Source: Acidobacteriota bacterium
GTDB taxonomy: Bacteria > Acidobacteriota > Thermoanaerobaculia > Gp7-AA8
Assembly: GCA_019247495.1 (NCBI GenBank)
Contig: JAFAOU010000081.1
Coordinates: forward strand, 3,410 to 67,409
Length of the DNA: 64,000 nucleotides
Reading direction: 5' to 3'
Part shown: one piece after another, positions 36,801 to 44,604 of the stretch
Layout: each line of letters starts with the position of its first letter
Numbering within the stretch: position 1 is the first letter of the stretch
Notes under the pieces: generated by a model
The model's database searches: none
What the model was told of the DNA's origin: nothing
Seen by the model: only the letters and a program-made list of their open reading frames with translations
Translations under genes and position numbers: made by a program

Positions 36801-39800
36801 TGACCCGGCCGAGGACGAAGCCGGAGGATGCGAGTGAGGTGTACTGCTGCGCCGCGACGATATGCGGAGCGGGAACGGGATTGACCGTGACCGCCGAGGC
36901 CGCGCTCGTTGCCGAGCAACCGCCGGCGCCGGTGACCGTGACGCTGAACGAGCCGCTTGCGGTGACGACGATCGACTGCGTCGTCGCGCCGTTACTCCAC
37001 GCGTATGACGCGTAGCCGGCCGGAGCGGACAGCGTCACGCTTCCGCCTGCGCAGAACGTCAGCGGACCAGACGGCGTGATCGCGGGAACGACGACCTGCG
37101 GCTGGATCGTGACGGACGATTCATTCGACACCTGCTGCGTTCCGCACTGCGGGACCGCGCGGCAAACGAGGAGGTAGTTTCCAGCGGCCGGAAAATCAGA
37201 CGCGGCCAGCGTGTAACTCGCACCGGTGGCGGTGGCCAGGTCGGTGATCGAACCTCCGGAAACGGTGCGATATCCCCATTGATAGGTGACGACGCCTCCG
37301 CCGGTGGCCTGGGCCGTAAACGTGCCGCCCGTTCCGCCGGCACACGCTGATGCGGAGCCCGCGCCCGTGACCGCGACGGAGCTCAGCGCAGGCGTGACGG
37401 TGATGGTCCGGCTGGCCTGTGGCTTCGTGCATCCGTAACCGTCGACAACGGTGACGCTGTACGTGGTGGTGACGGCCGGAGTGACCGTGATCGTTCGCGT
37501 GGTGTCGCCGGTGGACCACGAGTACGTGCTCCAGGCGCCCGCGTCGAGCGTGACGGGCGTCGCCGCGCACGACGGGTTCGACCCGCTGGTGATGGTGATG
37601 GACGGCGGCGCAGGATCGCACGCGGCGGTCAGGCTTACGTCGGTCACCGAAGTCGCTCCGGCGTTCTCCGCCGTGACGCGAAAGGTGAAGGTGTCGCTGA
37701 CGTCGGGCGTGAACAGCGGGTTGGCGATGTTCGCCGCCGACAGCGTCGCCGTCGATCCCGTCGGACGGCGGACGAGATCCCAGCGCCAGGTGGAGGCGGT
37801 TCGCGGCAGGGCGTCGAGTTGACGCGTCAGGCCGAGCGCGCCGCTGATCGACGCGACCGTGGCCGTGTCGGGAAGCGACGGCGTGATCTTGTCGATCGTG
37901 TGTCCGTCGTATTCGACCAGATAGAGGTTACCGGAGTGGTCTGCCGCGAGCCAGTTCGGCTCGAGCATCTGCGCACTTCCGCCGGTCCCTTCCATCGAAT
38001 AGCCGTAGACGCCTCCTCGGCCGACGATCGTCGACACGGCGCCGGCGGGCGTGATCTTCCGGATGGTCGGTCCCCAGAAATCGGCGACGTAGACGTTGCC
38101 GGCGTCGTCACAGGCCAAGCCGTCCGGCGTATTGAAGAGCGCCGCCGCGGCCGATCCGTCCACTTCTCCGCTGGTGTACGAGGTTCCCGCATACGTCGTC
38201 ACCACCGCTGCCGGCGTGATCTTGCGGACGCTGTGCCCCTCGGGACAATACAGATTGCCGTTTGCATCCGCGGCGAGGTAGCTGGGCCCGGTGAAGGTGG
38301 CGCCGCTGCCGGTTCCGTTGGTGGAACCCTGTACGCCCGAGCGTCCGGCAAAGGTTGTGACGGTACCGTCGAGCAATACCTTCCGAACGGTGTGATTGCC
38401 GTTGTCGGCGACGTAGAGGCAGTTGCACGGCGCGCTGAAGGCGATGCCATACGGCGAGTTGAACCGCGCCGCGCTGCCGGTGCCGTCGACGGAACCGCTG
38501 CTGTAGACCACTCCGGCAAGCGTGGTCACGACGCCCGCCGGCGTGACCTTTCGGATGGCGGCGCCGTCGGTCACGTACGCGTTGTCATTGCCGTCGACCG
38601 CGACCGCGTAAGGAGAAGCGAACATCGCCGCGCTGCCGGTTCCGTTGGCGTCGCCGGGCGAGCCACTGCCGGCAACCGTCGTGACGTCGCCTGCCGGCGA
38701 GACCCTGCGGATCCGGTAACTGTCTTTCTCCGCGACGTAAAGGTTGCCGAGCGAATCGAGCGCGATTCCGTTGGCGCGATAGAAACGGGCGCTCCGGGCC
38801 GGTCCGTCGATCGATGCGTATTGAAGAATGCCGGCCACGGTCGTTACGACGCCCGCGGTGGTTACTTTGCGGATCGTATTCGAGTCGCAAACGTACAACT
38901 CCCCGTGCGCGGCATCGAGAACGATGCCGGCGACGCTGAGGGAGAAATGGGCGGCGGAGCCGGTGCCGTCGACCGGTGGGCCGATGTTCGCGCCGGCGAC
39001 CGTCGTCACCACGCCGGCGCTGGTGATCTTGCGGATGCGGCCGTTCCACTGGTCGGTCACGTACATGACGCTGCCGGCGGCGTCGGCGGTCAGTCCCTGA
39101 ATCGTGTCGAACTTCGCGGCCGTCCCGGGTCCATCGGCGAATCCGCGGGTGAATGCGCCGGCGATGACCGTCAACGTACCGTTGGGAGCCATGCGCGACA
39201 CTTTCATCTGGTCGGCCACGATGACGTTGTTGCTCGTATCGACGGCCATCCCCTGCACGCCGAAGTCCGTAGCGACGGTGGAAACGGTGCCGTTGGCGAT
39301 CTTGCGGATCTTGCCGGTGCCGTATTCCGCGACGTAGATCACGCCGTTGTGATCGACGATGACGCCGCGCGGGTCGTTGAAGCGCGCAGCGGCGATCGAC
39401 CCGTCGACCGACTGCGCCACCCCCGGTGCTCCCGCAATCGTGGTGACGGCGTGAGACGACAGCGTGATCATGCGGATCACCTGGTTGCCCGCGTCGGCGA
39501 CGTAGAGGTTGCCGGCGTCATCGAGAGCGATGCCGTACGGATTGCTGAACCGCGCCTGTGCCCCGACGCCGTCCGCCCAGCCACTGCTCCCCCACAGTCC
39601 GGCGATCGTGGTCACCTCGCCGGCCGGCGAGAGCCGGCGAATCGTCGAATCGGTCGAGCTGATGTAAAGGTTGCCGGCGGCATCGCGCGCAATCGTGTTG
39701 CCGTAGCCGAACTGCAACCGCGCATCGGCGGCCGCTCCGTCGGGACCGGACATCGACGGCGCTCCGGCAAAGTAGCGAAGCGTCATCGGCTGGGCCGCCA

Positions 39801-39870
39801 CCGTCATCGGCAGCAGGGACAAAAGGACGGCCGCGCGGACCGCATGAGCTAGTTTTCGGAAGGCAGACAT
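33808..39870 (-). CDS. Giant secreted protein: signal peptide, 12 NHL-type propeller blades, a PKD-like segment, then about 16 Cys-pair Ig-like modules
   Basis: ATG at 39870 preceded by GAGG, then 'MSAFRKLAHAVRAAVLLSLLPMTVAAQP'. Blades are of the form 'NLYVAD..N..IRKI' (about 37885-39780). Modules are of the form 'C.GGSVTLTA..G..SY.WS.G.TTQSITV...G.YSVTVTD.NGC' (33811 to about 37600). Confidence 0.85.
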   Translation of the reverse strand: MSAFRKLAHAVRAAVLLSLLPMTVAAQPMTLRYFAGAPSMSGPDGAAADARLQFGYGNTIARDAAGNLYISSTDSTIRRLSPAGEVTTIAGLWGSSGWADGVGAQARFSNPYGIALDDAGNLYVADAGNQVIRMITLSSHAVTTIAGAPGVAQSVDGSIAAARFNDPRGVIVDHNGVIYVAEYGTGKIRKIANGTVSTVATDFGVQGMAVDTSNNVIVADQMKVSRMAPNGTLTVIAGAFTRGFADGPGTAAKFDTIQGLTADAAGSVMYVTDQWNGRIRKITSAGVVTTVAGANIGPPVDGTGSAAHFSLSVAGIVLDAAHGELYVCDSNTIRKVTTAGVVTTVAGILQYASIDGPARSARFYRANGIALDSLGNLYVAEKDSYRIRRVSPAGDVTTVAGSGSPGDANGTGSAAMFASPYAVAVDGNDNAYVTDGAAIRKVTPAGVVTTLAGVVYSSGSVDGTGSAARFNSPYGIAFSAPCNCLYVADNGNHTVRKVLLDGTVTTFAGRSGVQGSTNGTGSGATFTGPSYLAADANGNLYCPEGHSVRKITPAAVVTTYAGTSYTSGEVDGSAAAALFNTPDGLACDDAGNVYVADFWGPTIRKITPAGAVSTIVGRGGVYGYSMEGTGGSAQMLEPNWLAADHSGNLYLVEYDGHTIDKITPSLPDTATVASISGALGLTRQLDALPRTASTWRWDLVRRPTGSTATLSAANIANPLFTPDVSDTFTFRVTAENAGATSVTDVSLTAACDPAPPSITITSGSNPSCAATPVTLDAGAWSTYSWSTGDTTRTITVTPAVTTTYSVTVVDGYGCTKPQASRTITVTPALSSVAVTGAGSASACAGGTGGTFTAQATGGGVVTYQWGYRTVSGGSITDLATATGASYTLAASDFPAAGNYLLVCRAVPQCGTQQVSNESSVTIQPQVVVPAITPSGPLTFCAGGSVTLSAPAGYASYAWSNGATTQSIVVTASGSFSVTVTGAGGCSATSAASAVTVNPVPAPHIVAAQQYTSLASSGFVLGRVTAASTYTYCGDATVGLFATGGGTNSQYHWNTGEQTASIRVTQSGVYTVTMTNAEGCSADDSVTIEINPIPTATITAGGPLDLCPNGGSVVLTANVADSYLWSTGETTRAISVTQPGAYHVAITTGGCSATSNDVTVTRRTIGAITGGGTFCPGGSVALTAPAGSSYAWSTGATTQSITVSAAGDYSVTVTDATGCAMTPPPATVTASTLAVSVSQSATSICEGQTSTLTANTTGGTGSYSYQWFDGSDSIQGATSASYSASASGAYSVAVTDASACSTTSQPVSVMVNPLPDASISAQSNACAGTTYAATSTAGAASYQWTIANGTIVDGQGTNAIHYTSGPSGSVTLTLAVATAQGCADTKSRTIPIANVQASITPAGPLTICPGGSVTLTANAGASYLWSNNATAQSITVSQAGAYSVQVFDANGCSAQSQSVSVAVASPSATITPSGPTNFCAGGSVTLSAPAGYASYAWSNGASTQSITVNQSNTYSVTVSDANGCTASSSTSVTVNPLPQVAFSTPAAICGTSETAQEVQPLGTGLTYNWSITNGAVTQNAGHRVYFTASTGASQVVLTVTITDANGCSNSGSITLPVHTPPSAAITPSGPATFCAGESVTLTAPAGMSSYAWSTGATTQSITVSATGSYSVTVTDANFCSTQSSPFAVTVNPLPAPAISASGGTTFCAGGSVTLTATAGYSSYLWNTGATTQSITVSSSNNYSVTVRDGNNCSGTSAPTAVSVRPVPTATVSGSAAICPGGSATITAALTGTAPWSVVWSDNLPQTINSGTTATRSVSPQSTTTYTVVSVSDANACSRAGSGSAVVTVKSLPTATVSGGGTICPGASATIVAALTGTAPWSVTWSDNVVQNIPGGSGASRNVSPASTTTYTVTSVTDANGCPHAGAGSATVTVNPAASITTQPSNVTTTRNTNITLSVAAAGTTPISYQWFNGNGTSISGATSSSYTTSFSKKGTNTFYVEVWNACNTTHVRSNTVTVTVN

Positions 39871-39969
39871 TGAAACCTCGTGGTTGAGATGGCCGGCGCT
39901 CCGGCGGAGATGGATCGAGCGATCGTTGATCGCAACGGACAACACAATTCGATACGGGGGTGTGGCGCG

Positions 39970-39997
39970 ACAATAGCGAAGATTCCGCACAAGTCAA
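39970..39997 (-). promoter_or_regulatory. Candidate sigma-70-type promoter for the giant gene
   Basis: Minus strand TTGACT (39997-39992), 16-nt spacer, TATTGT (39975-39970), about 95 nt upstream of the ATG at 39870. Confidence 0.35.
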
Positions 39998-40118
39998 TAT
40001 TGACGGAACCGCACTGCCTATGGCAGGCAGCCGAACGGCTGTTCGGTCAAGGGCGCGTTGCCGGCGGCGGCCGGCAGCCCACAAATCTTCAATGACTTGC
40101 GTATGCTAGTATGCACGT

Positions 40119-40358
40119 ATGAAGCGCACCAGCATTTCTTTACCTGATGATCTTGCCACTCTCGTCCAGCACGAGGCCGATCGGTCTGCTACATCCGTGT
40201 CTGAAGTCATTCGCGACGCGATCGCGAAGACCTTTCTCGGGCGAGCACGAAAGATTCCATTTGCCGGAATCTGCGACGATCCGAAAATGACTCGCGCAGC
40301 GCGCCTCGATGAGGCGCTCGAAGGTTGGATTGATGACATCGATCGCGATCGTGGATAG
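40119..40358 (+). CDS. Ribbon-helix-helix (CopG/MetJ-type) antitoxin
   Basis: 79 aa. 'KRTSISLPDDLATLVQHEADRSATSVSEVIRDAI' RHH signature. GTATGC direct repeats just upstream (40101-40120). Confidence 0.8.
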   Translation: MKRTSISLPDDLATLVQHEADRSATSVSEVIRDAIAKTFLGRARKIPFAGICDDPKMTRAARLDEALEGWIDDIDRDRG

Positions 40359-40752
40359 CGGCCCACTGCTAGCGGCTGCGAATCGATCCGATCCCGATCA
40401 CGCCGCCTGCCTAGCCACCCTGCGAGAGACGAAGTATCGCCTCGTAATCCCTGCGATGTGCGTTGCGGAGGTCAGTTACTTCCTGGGCCGCCGGCAGGGT
40501 GCGGAACTTGAAGCGCGTTTTCTGCAAGGTTTGGAGGAATTCGATGTTCGCGCCCCCGGCGCCGCCGAGTGGCCCCGCATCGCGGAGCTTGTCCGTCGTT
40601 ATGGCGACTTCCCTCTCGGCGGCACCGACGCATCTGTGATTACTCTCGCCGAAAGACTCGATACGGAGACGATCATTACGCTCGACCATCGTCATTTCGG
40701 CCGCGTCAAACCGCGCCACGTGAAACGGTTCACGCTGCTTCCGGCGCGGTAA
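40333..40752 (+). CDS. vapC: PIN-domain toxin, VapC family
   Basis: 'IAIVDSGPLLAAAN...' N-terminal PIN motif and 'GGTDASVITLAERL'. Overlaps the antitoxin 3' end (ATG 40333, or GTG 40351). Confidence 0.8.
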   Translation: MTSIAIVDSGPLLAAANRSDPDHAACLATLRETKYRLVIPAMCVAEVSYFLGRRQGAELEARFLQGLEEFDVRAPGAAEWPRIAELVRRYGDFPLGGTDASVITLAERLDTETIITLDHRHFGRVKPRHVKRFTLLPAR

Positions 40753-40885
40753 GAGATCGAGATGCGGGTTTCAGAAACTGCGAAAAGAAATCACTCCAAG
40801 ACGAGGGGCCGAGCAGGATCAGGCCTTTGCTTTTCGGTGCTGGCGCTGACGGACTGACGGAACGAGCGGCGGCACCGCGGCGCCG

Positions 40886-41401
40886 TTACAGAACCACGGT
40901 GTATCCGAGCGTCGTCAGGTCGGGCATGCGGTCGAGGTAGACGTGGCCGTCGGTGTGGTCGATCTCGTGCTGGAAGATGCGGGCGGAAAAGTCGGTCAGT
41001 TCCAGCTCAGCCTCGTTGCCTTCGTGATCGAGGCCGCGTACGCGCAGCCGTTTCGCGCGAGCTACTTCGCCGCCGAGGAAGGGGACGCTGAGGCAGCCTT
41101 CCCAGTCGGTGATGGTCTCGGTGCCGATTGGCTCGTAGACGGCGTTGAAGAAGACGCCCGCGTTCAGCTTGGCGATGCCGCGGCGTTTGGCCACCTTCTC
41201 CTGAACCTCGAATACGAAAATCCGCAGCGGCAGATGGACTTGCGGGCCGGCCAGGCCGACGCCTTCGTATTCGTGCATCGTCTCGATCATGTCGTCGATC
41301 AGAGCGCGGAACTTGCCCGTTTTGATATCGGCAGGTTCGACGTCGGAAGCCTTCATGCGCAGGACGGGATGGCCGAGGCGGGCCACTTTCAGAATCGACA
41401 T
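40886..41401 (-). CDS. def: Peptide deformylase
   Basis: 171 aa. Motifs 'GVGLAGPQV', 'EGCLSVP', 'HEIDH'. Confidence 0.95.
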   Translation of the reverse strand: MSILKVARLGHPVLRMKASDVEPADIKTGKFRALIDDMIETMHEYEGVGLAGPQVHLPLRIFVFEVQEKVAKRRGIAKLNAGVFFNAVYEPIGTETITDWEGCLSVPFLGGEVARAKRLRVRGLDHEGNEAELELTDFSARIFQHEIDHTDGHVYLDRMPDLTTLGYTVVL

Positions 41402-41411
41402 GCGCGCGATT

Positions 41412-42617
41412 TTATCCTGCCCCTTCGGTGAGCAACGGCTGGTTGCGCATCCGCAGCGCGATGAAGAACGCGATCGCCGTCAGCACCGCGCTTCCGTAGA
41501 ACGCGCCGCGGGCTTGCGCGAGGTCGTAGAGAAACCCGCACCAGATCGGGCCGAGAAAGCGCGCCAGCGATCCGATCCCCGAGGCCAGACCGAGCATGCT
41601 TCCATGTTCGTTGGGAGGCGAGGCCTTCGTCACCAGCGACGTTAGCGACGGGTACGACAGCCCCTGCCCGACGGCGATGAAGAACGCGACGACGTAAAGC
41701 AGCGGCACGCGCCAGACCAGCGGAACGAGCGCCAGTCCGATCGTGAACGACGCTGCCCCGACCGCGACCAACGTCTTTTCGCCGAAGCGTTTGGCGAGGC
41801 GTCCGATCAAGCCGCCCTGAATCGTGGCGACGATCAATCCCATGAAGAGAAAGAACCAGGCGAGGTCGAGCTGCGCGAAATGGAAGCGATCGCGCGCGTG
41901 CAGCGTGACGCTGGTCTCCATCCCGGACACGGCCAGCAGTGTGATGAACAACGTGGCAATGACGGCGAACAGCAATCCGTGCGTCGCCACCTCATGCCAG
42001 ACGCGGCTATCGAACTGCGGCGGAGCTCCGCTGCGCGGCTGCAAGTCGGGCGCTTTCGATTCGCCGAGGACAAAGAAGGCAATCAGCAGCGCGATGAGCG
42101 ACAGCGATCCGGCCGCGACTCCCGGCAGAAGATTGCCGGCGAATCCATGCTTCGTGCCGAGGTGCGAAAGGATTCCGCTCAGCGGCGGGCCGAGGATGAA
42201 TCCCATTCCGAATGCCGCTCCGATGATCCCCATCCCTTTGGCGCGATTCTCCGGCGTGGTCTTGTCGGCGATGTAGGCCTGCGCGGTGCCGATGTTCGCG
42301 CCGCCCGCGCCCGCCACGACGCGCGACAGAAACAGAAGCGTGAGGCTGCGCGAGACGGCGAAAAGAAAGTAGCCGGCGCAACTCGCGGTGAGGCTGATCA
42401 GAATCACCGGACGCCGTCCGATGCGGTCGGACATCCGTCCCCACACCGGCGCGAAGAAGAACTGCATGATCGAGTAGATGCCGACCACCATCCCCACCGT
42501 CGTGCCGCTGGCGCCGTATTCGCGCGCGTAAAACGAGAGGAACGGGATGACCATCCCGAAGCCGATCAGATCGATGAAAACGGTTAGGAACAGAACCGCG
42601 AGGGACGTTTTCTTCAT
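41412..42617 (-). CDS. MFS transporter
   Basis: 401 aa, about 12 TM helices. MFS motif A 'GRMSDRIGRRPV'. Confidence 0.85.
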   Translation of the reverse strand: MKKTSLAVLFLTVFIDLIGFGMVIPFLSFYAREYGASGTTVGMVVGIYSIMQFFFAPVWGRMSDRIGRRPVILISLTASCAGYFLFAVSRSLTLLFLSRVVAGAGGANIGTAQAYIADKTTPENRAKGMGIIGAAFGMGFILGPPLSGILSHLGTKHGFAGNLLPGVAAGSLSLIALLIAFFVLGESKAPDLQPRSGAPPQFDSRVWHEVATHGLLFAVIATLFITLLAVSGMETSVTLHARDRFHFAQLDLAWFFLFMGLIVATIQGGLIGRLAKRFGEKTLVAVGAASFTIGLALVPLVWRVPLLYVVAFFIAVGQGLSYPSLTSLVTKASPPNEHGSMLGLASGIGSLARFLGPIWCGFLYDLAQARGAFYGSAVLTAIAFFIALRMRNQPLLTEGAG

Positions 42618-42647
42618 GACCGGCGGCGAAGTGTACCCTGTCGCCCC

Positions 42648-43343
42648 ATGCCTTCGACGTCACGCCGCCTCGTACTTTTCGACATTGACGGAACGCTCAT
42701 TACCGACGGTGGCGCGGCACGTGAGGCGTTCGCGGAAGGGCTCGCGGAGGTCTACGGCTTCCGCGGCGATGTGCGCCGTTACGATTTCTCCGGCCGCACC
42801 GATCCGCAGATCGCGGCGATGATTCTGCGCGACGCGGATTGGGATGACGCCGGCATCGAGGCCCGCCTACCTGCTCTCTGGAATCGCTACCTGGCCGGCC
42901 TGGCCCGCAACGCGCCGGGACGCGTACGCGCACTCGCGGGCGTGGTCGCGCTACTCGACAGGGCCCGCGCTGACGAGCGGCTGACGCTGGCGCTGCTCAC
43001 CGGCAACATCGAGCCGGGCGCGCGCCTGAAACTCGGCGCGATCGCCCTCAACGGCTATTTCCCGTTCGGGGCGTTCGGCAGTGATTCGCCGCGCCGCGAG
43101 GAGCTGCCGCCAGTCGCGGTGGAACGCGCGGCAGCGATGACAGGCGTCGAGTTCCGCGGCGCGGACGTCGTCATCATCGGCGATTCGATCTACGACGTTC
43201 GCTGCGGCGTTCCCCACGGCGCGACGACGATCGCCATCGCCTCGGGGAAGACGCCGGCTGAAAAATTGCGCGCTGAGAATCCTCACCACTTCTTCGATTC
43301 GGCCGAGGATCTTGACGGCATCCTGGCAGCAATAAAGCTTTGA
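42648..43343 (+). CDS. HAD-superfamily hydrolase (phosphoglycolate phosphatase-like)
   Basis: 231 aa. Motif I 'LFDIDGTLI', motif III/IV 'VIIGDSIYDV'. Confidence 0.85.
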   Translation: MPSTSRRLVLFDIDGTLITDGGAAREAFAEGLAEVYGFRGDVRRYDFSGRTDPQIAAMILRDADWDDAGIEARLPALWNRYLAGLARNAPGRVRALAGVVALLDRARADERLTLALLTGNIEPGARLKLGAIALNGYFPFGAFGSDSPRREELPPVAVERAAAMTGVEFRGADVVIIGDSIYDVRCGVPHGATTIAIASGKTPAEKLRAENPHHFFDSAEDLDGILAAIKL

Positions 43344-43406
43344 ACCACAGAGACACAGAGGACGCAGAGAGGGATTTCTCGGTGGCCTCTGTGCCTCTGT
43401 GGTGAA
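43341..43406. repeat. CCACAGAG-unit hairpin flanked by direct TGAA
   Basis: TGAACCACAGAGACACAGAGGACGCAGAGAG - loop - CCTCTGTGCCTCTGTGGTGAA. The TGA at 43341-43343 is the HAD gene stop. Confidence 0.85.
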
Positions 43407-43427
43407 TTCCGCTTACCATTCGCGCCG

Positions 43428-44222
43428 ATGCAGCACTTCATCCTCCCACTCATCTTCATCACGCTCGTGTACGTCGCGATGATCGTGATGAACGAGCGCT
43501 ATCGCCTTTTCTCCGTCGATCATTTCTCGTCGACGACGATGAAAGTCATCGCCTATCTCTGGCTCGGCATTTTCCTGTTTGGCCTCGTCATCCTGATCAC
43601 GGGGTCGTCGTTGCGCATCCCGACGGCGCAGGAGCTGAGGCGCGTTCCCTTCTATTCGCTGTTCGGCCTTCACGCGATCCTCTTCATCTTCCTCCTCGGC
43701 TGGTGGCTGCTGACGCAGCGTCCGCCGCTCGGGCAGTTCCTGAACATCCCGCGCCGAGGAAATGGCGAAGCGGTCCTGACCGGGTTCGCGGTCGGCGTTG
43801 GCGGCTGGATCGTGACCATCTCCATCGCGCTGATCATCGGCTTGCTCCTGGTGGCCTCGGGGTTGATGCCGAAGAACCCGCAGCCGTCGCCGATGATCGG
43901 CTGGATGGCCGCGCTGCCTGTTTGGAAAAAATGCGTGATCGTGCTGTCGGCGATGACGATTGAGGAGGCGTTCTTTCGCGGCTGGCTTCAGAAACGGATC
44001 GGCGTGATCGCCTCGACGATCCTCTTCGCCCTCGCGCACTCCGGCCTCGGCCAGCCATTTTTGCTGATCGGCGTGACGCTGATCTCGCTCGTGATCGGTT
44101 TCACGTTTTATCGAACGAAGAACCTGATTCCGGGCATCATCGCGCACGGCATCTTCGATGCGGTGCAGCTCTTCGTGATCATCCCGATCGTATTCAAGAC
44201 AACGGGAATGGGCGCGGGGTAA
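43428..44222 (+). CDS. CPBP-family intramembrane glutamic endopeptidase (CAAX protease-like)
   Basis: 264 aa. 'EEAFFRGWL', 'FALAHS' and 'HGIFD' motifs in TM helices. Confidence 0.85.
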   Translation: MQHFILPLIFITLVYVAMIVMNERYRLFSVDHFSSTTMKVIAYLWLGIFLFGLVILITGSSLRIPTAQELRRVPFYSLFGLHAILFIFLLGWWLLTQRPPLGQFLNIPRRGNGEAVLTGFAVGVGGWIVTISIALIIGLLLVASGLMPKNPQPSPMIGWMAALPVWKKCVIVLSAMTIEEAFFRGWLQKRIGVIASTILFALAHSGLGQPFLLIGVTLISLVIGFTFYRTKNLIPGIIAHGIFDAVQLFVIIPIVFKTTGMGAG

Positions 44223-44502
44223 CGTTCGCAACGGGGCACCGCGCAATCATCACGCGCGTCTTCGGAGCGATCGGTTTTTGACGCGAGCAGGTCTTCGTCG
44301 ATGGTGCCGGCGCTTTCGCCGGCGTCGACTGCAGAACCGGACGACTGCTGCTCTGGGTGAGCACCGTCCGGCCCTGCAGACCGATCGCGGACTCGAGAAC
44401 GAACGTTAAAACCGCCCGGCTTGCAGCGCGCCTGGAGTTTTCGGGAAGCTGACAGGCCGTCACCGGAATCCACATGAGGAGGAGCGCCGCCGTTCGTCTC
44501 AC
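44194..44502 (-). CDS. Candidate small lipoprotein
   Basis: 102 aa. 'MRRTAALLLMWIPVTAC' signal plus lipobox-like sequence. High GC3. Overlaps the CPBP 3' end by 29 nt. No family recognised. Confidence 0.3.
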   Translation of the reverse strand: MRRTAALLLMWIPVTACQLPENSRRAASRAVLTFVLESAIGLQGRTVLTQSSSRPVLQSTPAKAPAPSTKTCSRQKPIAPKTRVMIARCPVANVTPRPFPLS

Positions 44503-44604
44503 ACACGCTAAGACGACGCGGTGAGGCGAAGGTTAGCAGTCGTCACCGTGCGTGACGCAGTTGTAACTTTGCACGCCGCGCAACGGTACAATTTCGCCTC
44601 CCTC

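Noticed and set aside
33761-39852. Long alternative-frame and antisense ORFs inside the giant gene (712 aa minus at 33761-35899; 677 aa plus at 37819-39852; several of 100-340 aa)
   Set aside because: Their Arg/Gly/Asp-rich composition is a consequence of the repetitive GC-rich Thr/Ala/Gly/Ser coding frame. Only the 33808-39870 frame gives coherent NHL and Ig-like repeats.
44108-44506. 132-aa minus-strand ORF overlapping the candidate lipoprotein ORF in another frame
   Set aside because: It has no signal or motifs and a poorer third-position bias than the 44194-44502 frame. It also overlaps the CPBP gene by more than 100 nt.
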